64,000 bases of DNA. Source: an uncultured Armatimonadia bacterium (lineage in GTDB: Bacteria; Armatimonadota; Zipacnadia; Zipacnadales; VGFC01). The notes below the pieces were generated by a model that was given only the letters and a program-made list of their open reading frames with translations, had not been told where the DNA came from and made no database searches. Of the stretch, positions 55,570 through 64,000 are shown one piece after another; positions within the stretch are counted from its first letter, which is position 1; each line of letters begins with the position of its first letter. The stretch lies in contig CAZKUN010000005.1 of NCBI GenBank assembly GCA_964555935.1, positions 28,335-92,334 on the forward strand, in the 5' to 3' direction. Both the position numbers and the translations under genes were made by a program.

Positions 55570-58500
55570 CTATCGCGCAACCGAGATCCTACCGACCGCG
55601 CGACTGACTTGACCATCGTCTGACCGAGCGGTGAGATCGATGATGTACGTCCCGCTCGGCACGAGCGCGCCGGTGGCGCTTCTGAGGTCCCACATGAGAG
55701 ACGATCGCCCGGCCGATTGCACGCGCTCCTGCACGATGTCGCGGACGGGTCGGCCCGCGATGTTGAGCACCCGCGCCGTCACGGCCGCGTCGGCCGATAG
55801 CGAATAGGTGATCTCCGCGCCCTGGTGAGTCTGCAGTCCGAGGACGCCGATCACAGCGAGCGCTCCCTGGTTCGCGGGCCTCAGTTCGATCTCAAACTCG
55901 CGCGGCACGTCCGATCCTGTGAACTCATACGCTGACGTCGTCCGCATCGACAACTCCCGTCCGGTCTGGAGATCCTTGAGCACGGGCCTGAGGTCCGCCG
56001 GCACGCCCGTCAGATCCGGCCAGCGCAGGCTGGCTCGGTCGCCAGGGCGGACCCCTCGAGCGCGAAGCCTCCACGGGCCTCGCGCCGCCTTGCCGCGTAT
56101 GTCGGTGGCGTAATCGCCGGAATCGCGATCCCAGTCGGCGTTGACGAAGCCGAGACTCGGTTGGTCGCCGAAGCCCGGCGGCGCCTGCAAGTCGTAGCGC
56201 GAGTCGTACCCAGCCTTCGCCCCGCCCGCCGTGCCGAGAATCGCCTGACCCCGCCGGTCGCCGCACTCCATCATGACCAAGGCCTGCCACTCCGTGCCCG
56301 CAAGCGCGGAGTAGGGCTGCCTCGTGGCGCCGGCGGTGTCCGCTCCCGTGATCGTCGTGCTCGGAGCCGGGAACACCAGCAGAGCGCCGTCAGCCAACAG
56401 GCAGCGCACCCAGTACCCCTCGAACGGGTCGAACTGCGAGGCCAGGCCGTAGCCGGCCAGTTGGTTGTATCCCCACACGCCCGACTGCACCCAGCCGGCC
56501 GCGGCCGCATCCGCGAAGGTCTTCGTGTCCGCCGCCCCACGCTGAATCAGAACGTCGTCGATATCGACCACCCGGTTCCGCCCGGTGCCGACCATGTTCC
56601 AGCCCGCATACATCTGCGTCCGCACGTCCCGAGAGGCGTTGGCCTCAAGCCCGTCCACGGCCACCGTAACATCCTGCAGCACCCGGAGCCAGAAGCCGCG
56701 CCCCGGCCTGAAGAGATCGATGGTCGGGTAGATCTGATACTGCCCGCCGCCCGGCGCGTTCGGCTTCCAGCGCGCGAGGAGAAGCTGGTCGGCGGGAATC
56801 CCCAATGCCGACGCGTGGTCGTCGATGACCGGCGTGACGGGCAGAGACATCAGGTACAGCCCGTTCGCGCCGAGGGGGAAGTTCTTCGCGACGCCCACGC
56901 GCGATTCAGCTGTCAGGAGGACGTCGTAAGTGTCGAACGCCACGTTCACCTGTCGAGTGACGACGTTGTTCTGCGCGTCCGTGAAGGTTATCTGGAGTTT
57001 AGCCGGCGACATCGCCGTCGTGCTGATGCTGGCGCCCCACACCCCCCGCTCGACCTTCACATCCGTCAGTCCACCGAGGCCCGCCACATCGATCGTGCCG
57101 TCGCTGGGGCCGATGATCGCGCCGTAGAGATTGTTGTCGCCCGGATCGAACCCACGCACGCCGTACGGGAAGGGGTACTGGGCAAACAGCCCGTTCACAT
57201 CCATCTGAACCGTGATCCGCTGCGGCCCGCCAACGTTGAAGAACGTCGGGATGAGAAAGCCCTCACCCGCCGCCGCCCCCGTCGCGGGGATCGTGATCTC
57301 GTTGCCTTCCTGGGCGAAGAGCGTCAGCGTGAAGTCGTGGTTGAAGTACGAGGTCCGCGCCGTCCCGCCTCTCGGCAACTCGTCGCCGTTGGTCGTCGTA
57401 TCGTAATGCTCAACGATCAGGGCGACCGCATCGAAGAGAGGGATGTTCCACGTGTAGAGTTTGGGGCCAACCGAGGTGCTCGTGTCGAGCGCGTATTGCT
57501 GCCGATACCAGCCGAAGAATGACTGTCCTTCCATCGACGGGAGGACACCTTGGCAGATCTCAAGCAGGCTCGGCGTGTCGCCGCGAAGCGCATCTTGCTC
57601 CGGGGCGCTGAGCCCGTTGAGCAAGGCGTAATATTGAGTGTTGAAGCGGCGGAAGAACTGGGAGTCTTCGGTGTAGCACTTGAACCACGCCGCGCGCGCC
57701 TGCGCGATTCTCCACACCAGCATTCCCGAGAAGCCCGAGTCCGGGAACCACGTGCTGTTCCCGAGACCGGGTTGGTTCATTGCGTCATATACGGAGCCGC
57801 TGTAGAAGGGTCCGGGGTTGGCCGGATCGTAACCAGGCGACACGCCCGGCGAGATCTGCACGGCGGTCGCCGCGGAACCGATGAATCCGTGCTCCCAGCT
57901 GTCGAAGAACAGTCCCACGTCATCGTGGAACGCGTTGAGCACGAGCAGCATGAGCACGAAGGTGTCTTCGGGGAAGTTGCCGCTCATCGGCGGCAGGCGC
58001 AGCTCGTTGGTGGTCATGTCGTACGTGCCGCCCTGCAGCTCGCTGAGCGTGTCGTCCCTGATGACCTTGACGGTGATGTCAAACGCCGGTGGGCCGTAGA
58101 TGACCCGTGCGATCGGCATGGCGTCCTGCAGGTAGTTCGCCAGGTCGGCTTCGTCGGCGGCCGACCAGCCGTCGAAATCGAAGGTGATGTTGTTCGCCGC
58201 GTCGCCGATCGCCGTGCCCGTATCGCGGGCGCGGGCGAGGTCGGGCAGGATCAGCGAGGTGCCCTGCAGATGCACCACCGTGCGCGGAACGCGGACCTTC
58301 GCGTCACGGGTCTTGATCCCGTTCCGTCGCATGAACTCCATCGCCACGGAGGCCTGGCTGAGGCCCTGCTCGGAGTGTTGCGAGTCGGTCGCTGTCTGCA
58401 CCACGCGAGCGGCGCTCGATCGATCGGTCGTCCACATCCGGCCGCGATGCTGAACAACAATCGCGCCCTGGGGCCCGTTGCTTGTGGCTGCGTGCGGCGT

Positions 58501-58608
58501 GTTGCGGAGGTTGGTGAAGGGGTTCTGACCCGCATGAGCCACGCCGCAGGCGACGAGTGCCCCGATTACGCACAGGATGGATAACGCGGTCTTCGCCTGT
58601 GAGCGCAT
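55570..58608 (-). CDS. 1013-aa secreted protein, unknown N-terminal region, shared C-terminal module and FlgD-Ig/T9SS-CTD-like end
   Basis: The ATG at 58608 lies 1 nt after the upstream stop (MRSQAKTALSILCVIGALVACGVAHA signal). The C-terminal third matches the M6 and S8 proteins (GRGFWLRV..., DLRPVLKDLQTGRELSMRTTSAYEF, VTARVLNIAGRPVRDI...SGTYIIDL). The listed 1210-aa form reads the upstream gene's repeat in another frame. Confidence 0.7.
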   Translation of the reverse strand: MRSQAKTALSILCVIGALVACGVAHAGQNPFTNLRNTPHAATSNGPQGAIVVQHRGRMWTTDRSSAARVVQTATDSQHSEQGLSQASVAMEFMRRNGIKTRDAKVRVPRTVVHLQGTSLILPDLARARDTGTAIGDAANNITFDFDGWSAADEADLANYLQDAMPIARVIYGPPAFDITVKVIRDDTLSELQGGTYDMTTNELRLPPMSGNFPEDTFVLMLLVLNAFHDDVGLFFDSWEHGFIGSAATAVQISPGVSPGYDPANPGPFYSGSVYDAMNQPGLGNSTWFPDSGFSGMLVWRIAQARAAWFKCYTEDSQFFRRFNTQYYALLNGLSAPEQDALRGDTPSLLEICQGVLPSMEGQSFFGWYRQQYALDTSTSVGPKLYTWNIPLFDAVALIVEHYDTTTNGDELPRGGTARTSYFNHDFTLTLFAQEGNEITIPATGAAAGEGFLIPTFFNVGGPQRITVQMDVNGLFAQYPFPYGVRGFDPGDNNLYGAIIGPSDGTIDVAGLGGLTDVKVERGVWGASISTTAMSPAKLQITFTDAQNNVVTRQVNVAFDTYDVLLTAESRVGVAKNFPLGANGLYLMSLPVTPVIDDHASALGIPADQLLLARWKPNAPGGGQYQIYPTIDLFRPGRGFWLRVLQDVTVAVDGLEANASRDVRTQMYAGWNMVGTGRNRVVDIDDVLIQRGAADTKTFADAAAAGWVQSGVWGYNQLAGYGLASQFDPFEGYWVRCLLADGALLVFPAPSTTITGADTAGATRQPYSALAGTEWQALVMMECGDRRGQAILGTAGGAKAGYDSRYDLQAPPGFGDQPSLGFVNADWDRDSGDYATDIRGKAARGPWRLRARGVRPGDRASLRWPDLTGVPADLRPVLKDLQTGRELSMRTTSAYEFTGSDVPREFEIELRPANQGALAVIGVLGLQTHQGAEITYSLSADAAVTARVLNIAGRPVRDIVQERVQSAGRSSLMWDLRSATGALVPSGTYIIDLTARSDDGQVSRAVGRISVAR

Positions 58609-58609
58609 C

Positions 58610-61600
58610 TTAGATATCCCGCATGTCGTCGATCGGAAAAGCATCGGTCCCTCCCACCTCGCTCCACGGATCCCCAAGTGTCGGCTGCGAAACCACTGTC
58701 CGTTGCGGACGTCCCATCTGCGGCGCGCCGGGATCCTGTCCGAGCGGCCCGGACGTGCCCCAACCATCCGCGTAGCCAGGACCATACGTTCCCGGCTGGC
58801 CCTGATCGAAGCCCTCGAGTCCGGTGAACTCGCCGCTGCCCCGGCTGCCCGAGTATGGGTTGTAATTGCCACCATAGTTGCCGCCACCATAGTTGCCGCC
58901 ACCATAGTTGCCGCCACCATAGTTACCGCCACCATAGTTGCCGCCACCGTAGCTGCCGCCACCATAGCTGCCGCCGCCATAGCTGCCGCCGCCATAGCTG
59001 CCGCCGCCGTAGCTGCCGCCGCCGAAGCCCGACGATCCCCCGCCGGACCGGCCAAACTGCCCGTAGCCGCCGTAGGAATTGGTATACCCGCCTCCCATCG
59101 ACCCGCCCCTGGACCCACCGTACATCCCGCCCTGGCCGCCCAACATCTGGAAGCTCTGATTGCGGTTGCCGAGCGAGGAGAGTCCACCAGTGAATCCGCC
59201 ACCGAAACCGCCGCCCCCGCCGCCGCCGCCGAAGATGCCGCCGCCAGGCCTGATCGACTGGTTCATGTTGCCGGCGTCACGACGACGATCGCCGCTGACC
59301 GATCCCTGGAAATTCGTGGAGAGAGACAGCATGAGGAGATTGGTCGTGTAGTCCTGGCCCGCAGCGGTGACGCCCGGGATCGTCGTATCGCTCTGCGGGA
59401 GTCGCGAGTCATTGCGGATGAGTTGCCACCCGAAGTTCAGCCCCATGCTGGGGGTCAGCTCGTAGTTCAGGGCGATCTCAGCCGTCTGCTTGGCGAAGTC
59501 CGAGTAGCCGCTCACGAAGTCACTGAACCCCACGCGCCCGGTGATCCGCGACCGATCGTTCAACTCGTACTGAACGTCGGTCACGACATCGAGCAGGCTC
59601 GTGTCCGTCAGCGTGGCGATCTCGTTCTCGCCCGTTCCAGCGAAGTCCGGACTCACGCCCCACTGCTTGTTGACGTTGAAGCGGTAACTCAACGCGCTCT
59701 TCTCGGGGCGGTAGCTGGCGCCAAGACTGAAGCTGTTGTTGAGCACTCCGCCGCGGTCCTCGTCGAGGAACTGCAGCAGGTCCGAACCGACCGATGCGTT
59801 CAGCGACCACTCCCTAGTAGGCAGCCAGCTCAGACCGATGTTCCCGTAGCGCTGGTCGCTGTCGGCAAGATACCCCACGGAGCCGGCGCTCTCGTACTTG
59901 CGCATGCCCAAACTCGCATCGACGTTGATCTTGTCGCTCGGTTGCCACGACAGTCCAAGCCGGGAGGTCGAGTCGGTGTACCGGCTGAGTTCGGGCTCGT
60001 CCTCATCCGGCAACGGATCGCCGCCGCCGATCTGCAGCGGCATGAGCGTGCCGGAAAGGCCGAACGGAACCCCGCCGATGTTCCCGCCGTAACCGCCGCC
60101 CAGACCCGAGGAGTACCCGCCGAACCCGATTCCGCCGCCATAGAAGCCACTCGTCACGGCGCCGATCGCCTCGGTCCGCGACCAGTCGAGGTTGAGGTCG
60201 AGGTTGTCCATCACGCGCCAACGCGTGCTGACCTGAAGATTCTCAGAGTCGCCGCGCTGCGCCTGGAAGTTGCTGGCCGAGTTGTTCTGGCTGTAGTTTG
60301 TGGCGAATGACAGCGAGTCGCTCGGCGTCCACGAGGCCGCCATCGTGAGCGTCTTGGTGCTGCTGGACTGAGCCGATCCCAACGGATCCGTGTCGTCGGC
60401 GTCCGCAAAGCCTGCGTAGTTCTGCTGCGTGTCCATCACGCCGATGCGGAAGGTGTATGGCTTCTTGGCTGGCGCGTAGTCGAGATTGATGTTCATCGTC
60501 TCGAGCAAACTGTTGGCCTGACTCCCGCCGGTGTTTTCCATCGTCTGGCGGGAGAGGCTGAGATTCGGCCAGCCCGGATAGTTCAACATTAGCATCGAGT
60601 CGTTGCGCGTGGCTCGAACACCCAGCGTTGGCGTCGTTGCGGGGTCTTGGTAGGCCCGGTCCAGGCTGGTATCAGCCCCAAAGCCCGTTCCGCCCGTGTA
60701 GCCGCTATAGCCATACGCGTAGCCCGAGTCGGTCTTGACGTCGGAGAAGCGGTGGGTGAAGGAGATCTTGTCGGATGGTCGATACCCGAACGCGGCCGTC
60801 AGGCCTTTCTCGTTCCGGAAGAACCCGACCGTGTCAATGTAGCTGTAGGTGGGGTCGACGTCACGATACTGCAAGTCTATGTCGAACTTGCGCCCGCGCC
60901 GATAACGCGCGCCCGTGCTCAGCGCCACGCCAGTCTCGCCGCCACTTTCGCTCTGAGCCGCCGTGAGGTCCCATTGGAGATCATCATCCAATCGGTGCCT
61001 GAGAGTAAGCCCCGTCACCGTGGTATCCCCAAGCGAGCTGCCGCTCGGCCCAACCTGATAGTAGTACCGAACGCGCACGACGGCCGTGGCGGGGACTGGT
61101 CTGCGCGTGATGATCCGGCCGATCTGCCGGATCGAGTCCATCTCGATGCCCTCGCGCCACTCTGTCTCGTCGACCAGGAACACGAGCGCCTGCCGGATGA
61201 TCTGCTCTTGGCCGTCAATGGTCGCCGTCGCGCCGTCGGCCAGAATTGGGCTGAAGCGCACGTCGAACGGACCCGTCGTACCTGATCCGGTGAACAGGTC
61301 TTCCTGGAAGCGCGCCGTGCTGTTGCTGCCCCCCGCGCTCGTCGCGTGCTCGAGTCGCGTGACGGACAGTTGCAGGTCGTCGTGCAGCAGCGCGCTCTCA
61401 AGCTGCCAACCGGAGGTGGTGCCGCCGGTCTCGTAGTTGGTCGCCGACTGGTAGCTGACTGACACCACGCTCGTGCTGGGAATGATCGTCGGCGGCTGGC
61501 CGGGCGGCTCGAACCAGAGCTGCCCCGTGTCGTAGTCGAGGGTGTAGTCCTCGCCAAAGCGCATGGGCCGCTCGTCGATCTTCACGAGTTCGGAGCCATC

Positions 61601-62185
61601 GACAACCGGCGTGAACGTCAGGAAGTACGGACCAGAGGTGTTGTTGCCGGGGAACGTCTGGCGCCGGACGAGGCCCTTCTCCTGCGACGTGAAAGCCCGG
61701 AAGAGCATGTTGTCGTTGATGCGGTGATCGAGTTGCAGCCCCTCGAGGCTCTTCGAGTATGACGCGAACTGGTTCCCGCCGATGTTGACATTCAGGTCGC
61801 CCCAAAGCAGCGCCGTGTTCTTGCTTTGGTAGCCAACGACGAACTGGTTGTTGTTGAAGCCATACCCGCTGTTGGCAATGTGGGCGCGCAAACCGAAGTT
61901 GCCGTAGATAGGTCCCACGATGTCGAAGCTCGTGGTCGCCTGCATCGGCGACGTGTTCCAAAACTGCGACTGATACGCTTCCTCGGAGCCGGCGGTGAAG
62001 TTCTGCCGGAGGGAAAACTCGCCTCGGCCAGAGATCTGAAGTCCGTCGAAGAGATCGCCCGTCGCGTCGTCCGCCTTATCGAACCATCGCGAAACAGCGT
62101 CGAACAGATCCGCGTTGGCCAGCGGGCCTATGGCAAGCCCGCCGATGACCAAACCCAATCTCAGTGCGGCGCCCCATGCACGCAA
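58610..62185 (-). CDS. 1191-aa putative outer-membrane beta-barrel-type protein with Gly/Tyr-rich C-terminal tail
   Basis: Signal peptide (LGLVIGGLAIGPLANA). Long stretches show alternating aromatic/polar beta-strand patterns (ALNYELTPSMGLNFGWQL, LGLSWQPSDKINVDASLGM, ...). An inserted soluble-looking domain is present (ARFQEDLFTGSG...RVRYYY). The final ~170 aa are G/Y/S/N low complexity. Confidence 0.55.
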   Translation of the reverse strand: MRAWGAALRLGLVIGGLAIGPLANADLFDAVSRWFDKADDATGDLFDGLQISGRGEFSLRQNFTAGSEEAYQSQFWNTSPMQATTSFDIVGPIYGNFGLRAHIANSGYGFNNNQFVVGYQSKNTALLWGDLNVNIGGNQFASYSKSLEGLQLDHRINDNMLFRAFTSQEKGLVRRQTFPGNNTSGPYFLTFTPVVDGSELVKIDERPMRFGEDYTLDYDTGQLWFEPPGQPPTIIPSTSVVSVSYQSATNYETGGTTSGWQLESALLHDDLQLSVTRLEHATSAGGSNSTARFQEDLFTGSGTTGPFDVRFSPILADGATATIDGQEQIIRQALVFLVDETEWREGIEMDSIRQIGRIITRRPVPATAVVRVRYYYQVGPSGSSLGDTTVTGLTLRHRLDDDLQWDLTAAQSESGGETGVALSTGARYRRGRKFDIDLQYRDVDPTYSYIDTVGFFRNEKGLTAAFGYRPSDKISFTHRFSDVKTDSGYAYGYSGYTGGTGFGADTSLDRAYQDPATTPTLGVRATRNDSMLMLNYPGWPNLSLSRQTMENTGGSQANSLLETMNINLDYAPAKKPYTFRIGVMDTQQNYAGFADADDTDPLGSAQSSSTKTLTMAASWTPSDSLSFATNYSQNNSASNFQAQRGDSENLQVSTRWRVMDNLDLNLDWSRTEAIGAVTSGFYGGGIGFGGYSSGLGGGYGGNIGGVPFGLSGTLMPLQIGGGDPLPDEDEPELSRYTDSTSRLGLSWQPSDKINVDASLGMRKYESAGSVGYLADSDQRYGNIGLSWLPTREWSLNASVGSDLLQFLDEDRGGVLNNSFSLGASYRPEKSALSYRFNVNKQWGVSPDFAGTGENEIATLTDTSLLDVVTDVQYELNDRSRITGRVGFSDFVSGYSDFAKQTAEIALNYELTPSMGLNFGWQLIRNDSRLPQSDTTIPGVTAAGQDYTTNLLMLSLSTNFQGSVSGDRRRDAGNMNQSIRPGGGIFGGGGGGGGFGGGFTGGLSSLGNRNQSFQMLGGQGGMYGGSRGGSMGGGYTNSYGGYGQFGRSGGGSSGFGGGSYGGGSYGGGSYGGGSYGGGSYGGGNYGGGNYGGGNYGGGNYGGGNYGGNYNPYSGSRGSGEFTGLEGFDQGQPGTYGPGYADGWGTSGPLGQDPGAPQMGRPQRTVVSQPTLGDPWSEVGGTDAFPIDDMRDI
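58868..59017. repeat. 10 x 15-bp tandem repeat (gccaccatagttgcc / gccgccatagctgcc)
   Basis: Read directly, with exact 15-nt period. Five units have agtt and five have agct. On the minus strand they encode (SYGGG)x5 then (NYGGG)x5. Confidence 0.9.
61057..61319. repeat. dispersed coding repeat, copy B (~263 bp)
   Basis: Counterpart of 53981..54243, inside the 1191-aa gene. Confidence 0.8.
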
Positions 62186-62306
62186 GCTAGTGCCCTCCGC
62201 ATTCGGTGATCTGCCGTTCGACGATTGACGGGCCCCGGGTGGTAGATGCTTCCCCTGGCTGGGGACGCGGTGTTTCGACTCTCGCTGAGTGGGATTTGTT
62301 CCGGGG

Positions 62307-63383
62307 TCAGAGGCCGAATCTGGTAATCAGTTCCTCGACCATGTCGAGGTTCCTCTCGGCGGCGGCCCTCAGGCGGTCGGCCCGCGTCTCGAGCGAGTCC
62401 CCGCTTGCGTCTCGATCCGCCCAGGCGTCCGATATGACCTGGACCACTTCGTCCTCCGACGCGCTCCGGTCCAGCCACGTCGCGTCGACGCTCTCCGCGA
62501 ACGCGGCGACCTTTGGATCGTACGACAGGGCCACGAAATCCACGCCCTGCGCGGCGGCGAAGATCGCCGAGTGCAGGCGCATCGCCACGACCAGGTCGAG
62601 GCTTCTGACAAGGCCGATCCACCGTTGGGGAGACAGTTCGTCATCCGCCCCGACGACGCGTCCGCCCGCCTCGGCGGCAACGCGCTCGGCAATCCTCGCA
62701 TCGACCGGCCGGTGCAGGGCCAACGGGACAATGCTCGCCTCGGCGGACAACTCGCCCGCCGCCCGAAGCGCTCCGTCGACCAACGCCTCGCATCCGCTCA
62801 CGTCACGAAGCGCCAGGCCTAGCCGCGGACCCTCGCTCGCGGGCGGGAGCAGATGAGCCACATCTTCGGGAGGAGACGGTTCGGCCAAAGGCGCCGGGTC
62901 AGCGGCGACGAGCACGCGCTCGCGGTCCACGCCAAGGCTGACCAGCAAGTCCGCCGATGCCTCGTCACGGACGGTGATGGCGGCCGCCTTGCGCGCGGCG
63001 CGTCCGGTGAACAGTCTCGCGAGGGAGCCCGTGAGCGGTCCGATGCCCTGGGCGTAGAAGGCGTATGGCGTTCGCCGCCACGTGGCCGCTTCGAGGATTG
63101 CCAGGTAATAGGCCGCCGACTTGGCGCTGGTCGCGTCCTGCAGCAACCCTCCCCCGCCCTGGAGCACGAGGTCAGCCCAGCCGATTGCTCGCCAGACAGC
63201 CGCCTTGTCCCAGCGGTCCTCGGCTTGGACGCCATGCCCGCCGCGGGTGGCGGCGGGGTCGTTCGACAAGACCGCCAACTCGCAGTCCGGGACACGCCGC
63301 CGAAGGCCATCAAGCGTTCCCGCCAGAATCGCCTCGTCGCCCGCGTTGCCGAAACCGTAGTAGCCTGAGATCAGTATCCGCAT
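62307..63383 (-). CDS. csaB: polysaccharide pyruvyl transferase CsaB
   Basis: The ATG at 63383 gives MRILISGYYGFGNAGDEAILAG, the hallmark CsaB N-terminus. The remainder is collinear with pyruvyl transferases. The listed 401-aa start overlaps the upstream gene. Confidence 0.8.
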   Translation of the reverse strand: MRILISGYYGFGNAGDEAILAGTLDGLRRRVPDCELAVLSNDPAATRGGHGVQAEDRWDKAAVWRAIGWADLVLQGGGGLLQDATSAKSAAYYLAILEAATWRRTPYAFYAQGIGPLTGSLARLFTGRAARKAAAITVRDEASADLLVSLGVDRERVLVAADPAPLAEPSPPEDVAHLLPPASEGPRLGLALRDVSGCEALVDGALRAAGELSAEASIVPLALHRPVDARIAERVAAEAGGRVVGADDELSPQRWIGLVRSLDLVVAMRLHSAIFAAAQGVDFVALSYDPKVAAFAESVDATWLDRSASEDEVVQVISDAWADRDASGDSLETRADRLRAAAERNLDMVEELITRFGL

Positions 63384-63399
63384 GAGATCGCCGCGCCGT

Positions 63400-64000
63400 C
63401 TACTCCCCGCCATCCCGCGGCGACCCAGACGCGAGCCTCCGCCAGCAGGTCTCGCCGATCTCGCAGATCGCGTAGAGCACGACGCCAAGGGCGGCGCCGA
63501 GCCACAGGCCATGGAGCGCGCGCGATAGCGAGATCTCGACGGGGGTGTGGAGGTGGCTGAACGTGTTCACGAGCGACACGAGCCCGACCGTGCCAACCGA
63601 CAGGATGATCCATCGCCCGGCCTGTTTCCCAGCCAACATGCGCGCCAGCCCAAGAACCAGGAACGGGTATCCGATGAGGACTTCCTTCGTCCTCGGCCGC
63701 ACGCCAAATGCCCGGTCCATCAACGCGCGAAACTTCAGCTCAACCACCGACACGCCCAGTCCGCTGTCGTTGCCGCTTCGCATGATGAGGACGGCCATGC
63801 CGGCAACGCCGATGAGCAGCGCCGCAACGTGCCAGTACCGCACCACGCCCTCGGCCGCCTTGCGCCAGCCACGCATCAGGACGCGCCACCGAGATTCGTC
63901 GTCGCCCGCTCCGTCGGCGCCGAGGTCCCACCCCATCAGAATCAGCAAGACGGCCACGAGCGGCACGAACTGTGAGGGCTTCACGCCGCGGAACTGGTCG
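63400..64000 (-). CDS. polytopic membrane protein, C-terminal part only (of the kind often found upstream of csaB)
   Basis: The frame remains open to the window edge (...DQFRGVKPSQFVPL...). It has 5-6 hydrophobic helices and its stop is 16 nt before the csaB start. The family assignment (DUF5693-like) comes from memory of csaB neighbourhoods only. Confidence 0.45.
   Translation of the reverse strand, partial: DQFRGVKPSQFVPLVAVLLILMGWDLGADGAGDDESRWRVLMRGWRKAAEGVVRYWHVAALLIGVAGMAVLIMRSGNDSGLGVSVVELKFRALMDRAFGVRPRTKEVLIGYPFLVLGLARMLAGKQAGRWIILSVGTVGLVSLVNTFSHLHTPVEISLSRALHGLWLGAALGVVLYAICEIGETCWRRLASGSPRDGGE

Noticed and set aside
58868-59017. Possible CRISPR array or non-coding satellite
   Set aside because: The units are contiguous with no spacers, the period is 15 bp (a multiple of 3), and they sit in frame inside a long ORF. 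This is a coding tandem repeat.
58609-59202. N-terminal extension of the 1210-aa ORF containing AAAMAAAAMAAAAMVAATVAATMV...
   Set aside because: This is the 15-bp repeat of the upstream gene read in a different frame. A start at 58608 with a proper signal peptide, 1 nt after the upstream stop, explains the data better.
54001-60310. Plus-strand ORFs of 483, 453, 344 and 577 aa (54001..55452, 56161..57522, 57550..58584, 58577..60310)
   Set aside because: All are antisense to minus-strand genes that have lipoboxes, repeated beta-sandwich domains or paralogy to other genes in the window. Their translations are Arg/Pro/Ala-rich.
58610-62185. Could the 1191-aa protein be LptD, BamA or a TonB-dependent receptor, given the nearby LptC/LptA-like genes?
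   Set aside because: I could not recognise an OstA-type N-terminal jellyroll, POTRA repeats, or a TonB box/plug. It is left as an unclassified barrel-like envelope protein.

Overview
GC-rich (roughly two-thirds G+C by eye), tightly packed bacterial chromosomal segment. It holds about 50 credible CDS, and many are joined by 4-nt start/stop overlaps (ATGA, GTGA, TAGTG). I recognised no rRNA, tRNA, CRISPR array, transposase or integrase. Long ORFs on the opposite strand of real genes are common and are treated as GC-driven shadows. Content is mainly secreted and envelope proteins (M6 and S8 proteases, several lipoproteins, LptC/LptA-like OstA-fold proteins, CsaB). Carbohydrate and sulfate-ester metabolism is also well represented (GH-A-type hydrolase, heparinase II/III-like, GH43, glycogen phosphorylase, two sulfatase-family proteins, URO-D-like barrels). 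There are also two response regulators and two M20 peptidases. Most interesting: (1) A translationally coupled pair, a QueC-like PP-loop ATPase with a long N-terminal extension plus a ~245-aa partner. It looks like a QatB/QatC core without the ATPase or TatD genes. (2) A ~12-kb co-directional envelope cluster at 51.5-64 kb built around a 1191-aa putative outer-membrane protein. Its C-terminus is a Gly/Tyr/Ser/Asn low-complexity tail that includes ten perfect-period 15-bp repeats. An internal ~86-aa segment of that protein is duplicated, at high nucleotide identity, as a separate small lipoprotein 7 kb away. (3) Three giant secreted proteins share one long C-terminal module ending in a FlgD-Ig/T9SS-CTD-like domain. 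(4) A compact restriction-modification islet pairs an HNH endonuclease with a C5 methyltransferase that is GTGA-coupled to a Mig/MutY-type glycosylase. (5) An acyl-carrier-protein homologue has proline in place of the phosphopantetheine-attachment serine. All functional calls come from motif recognition in the supplied translations, and no database search was run.
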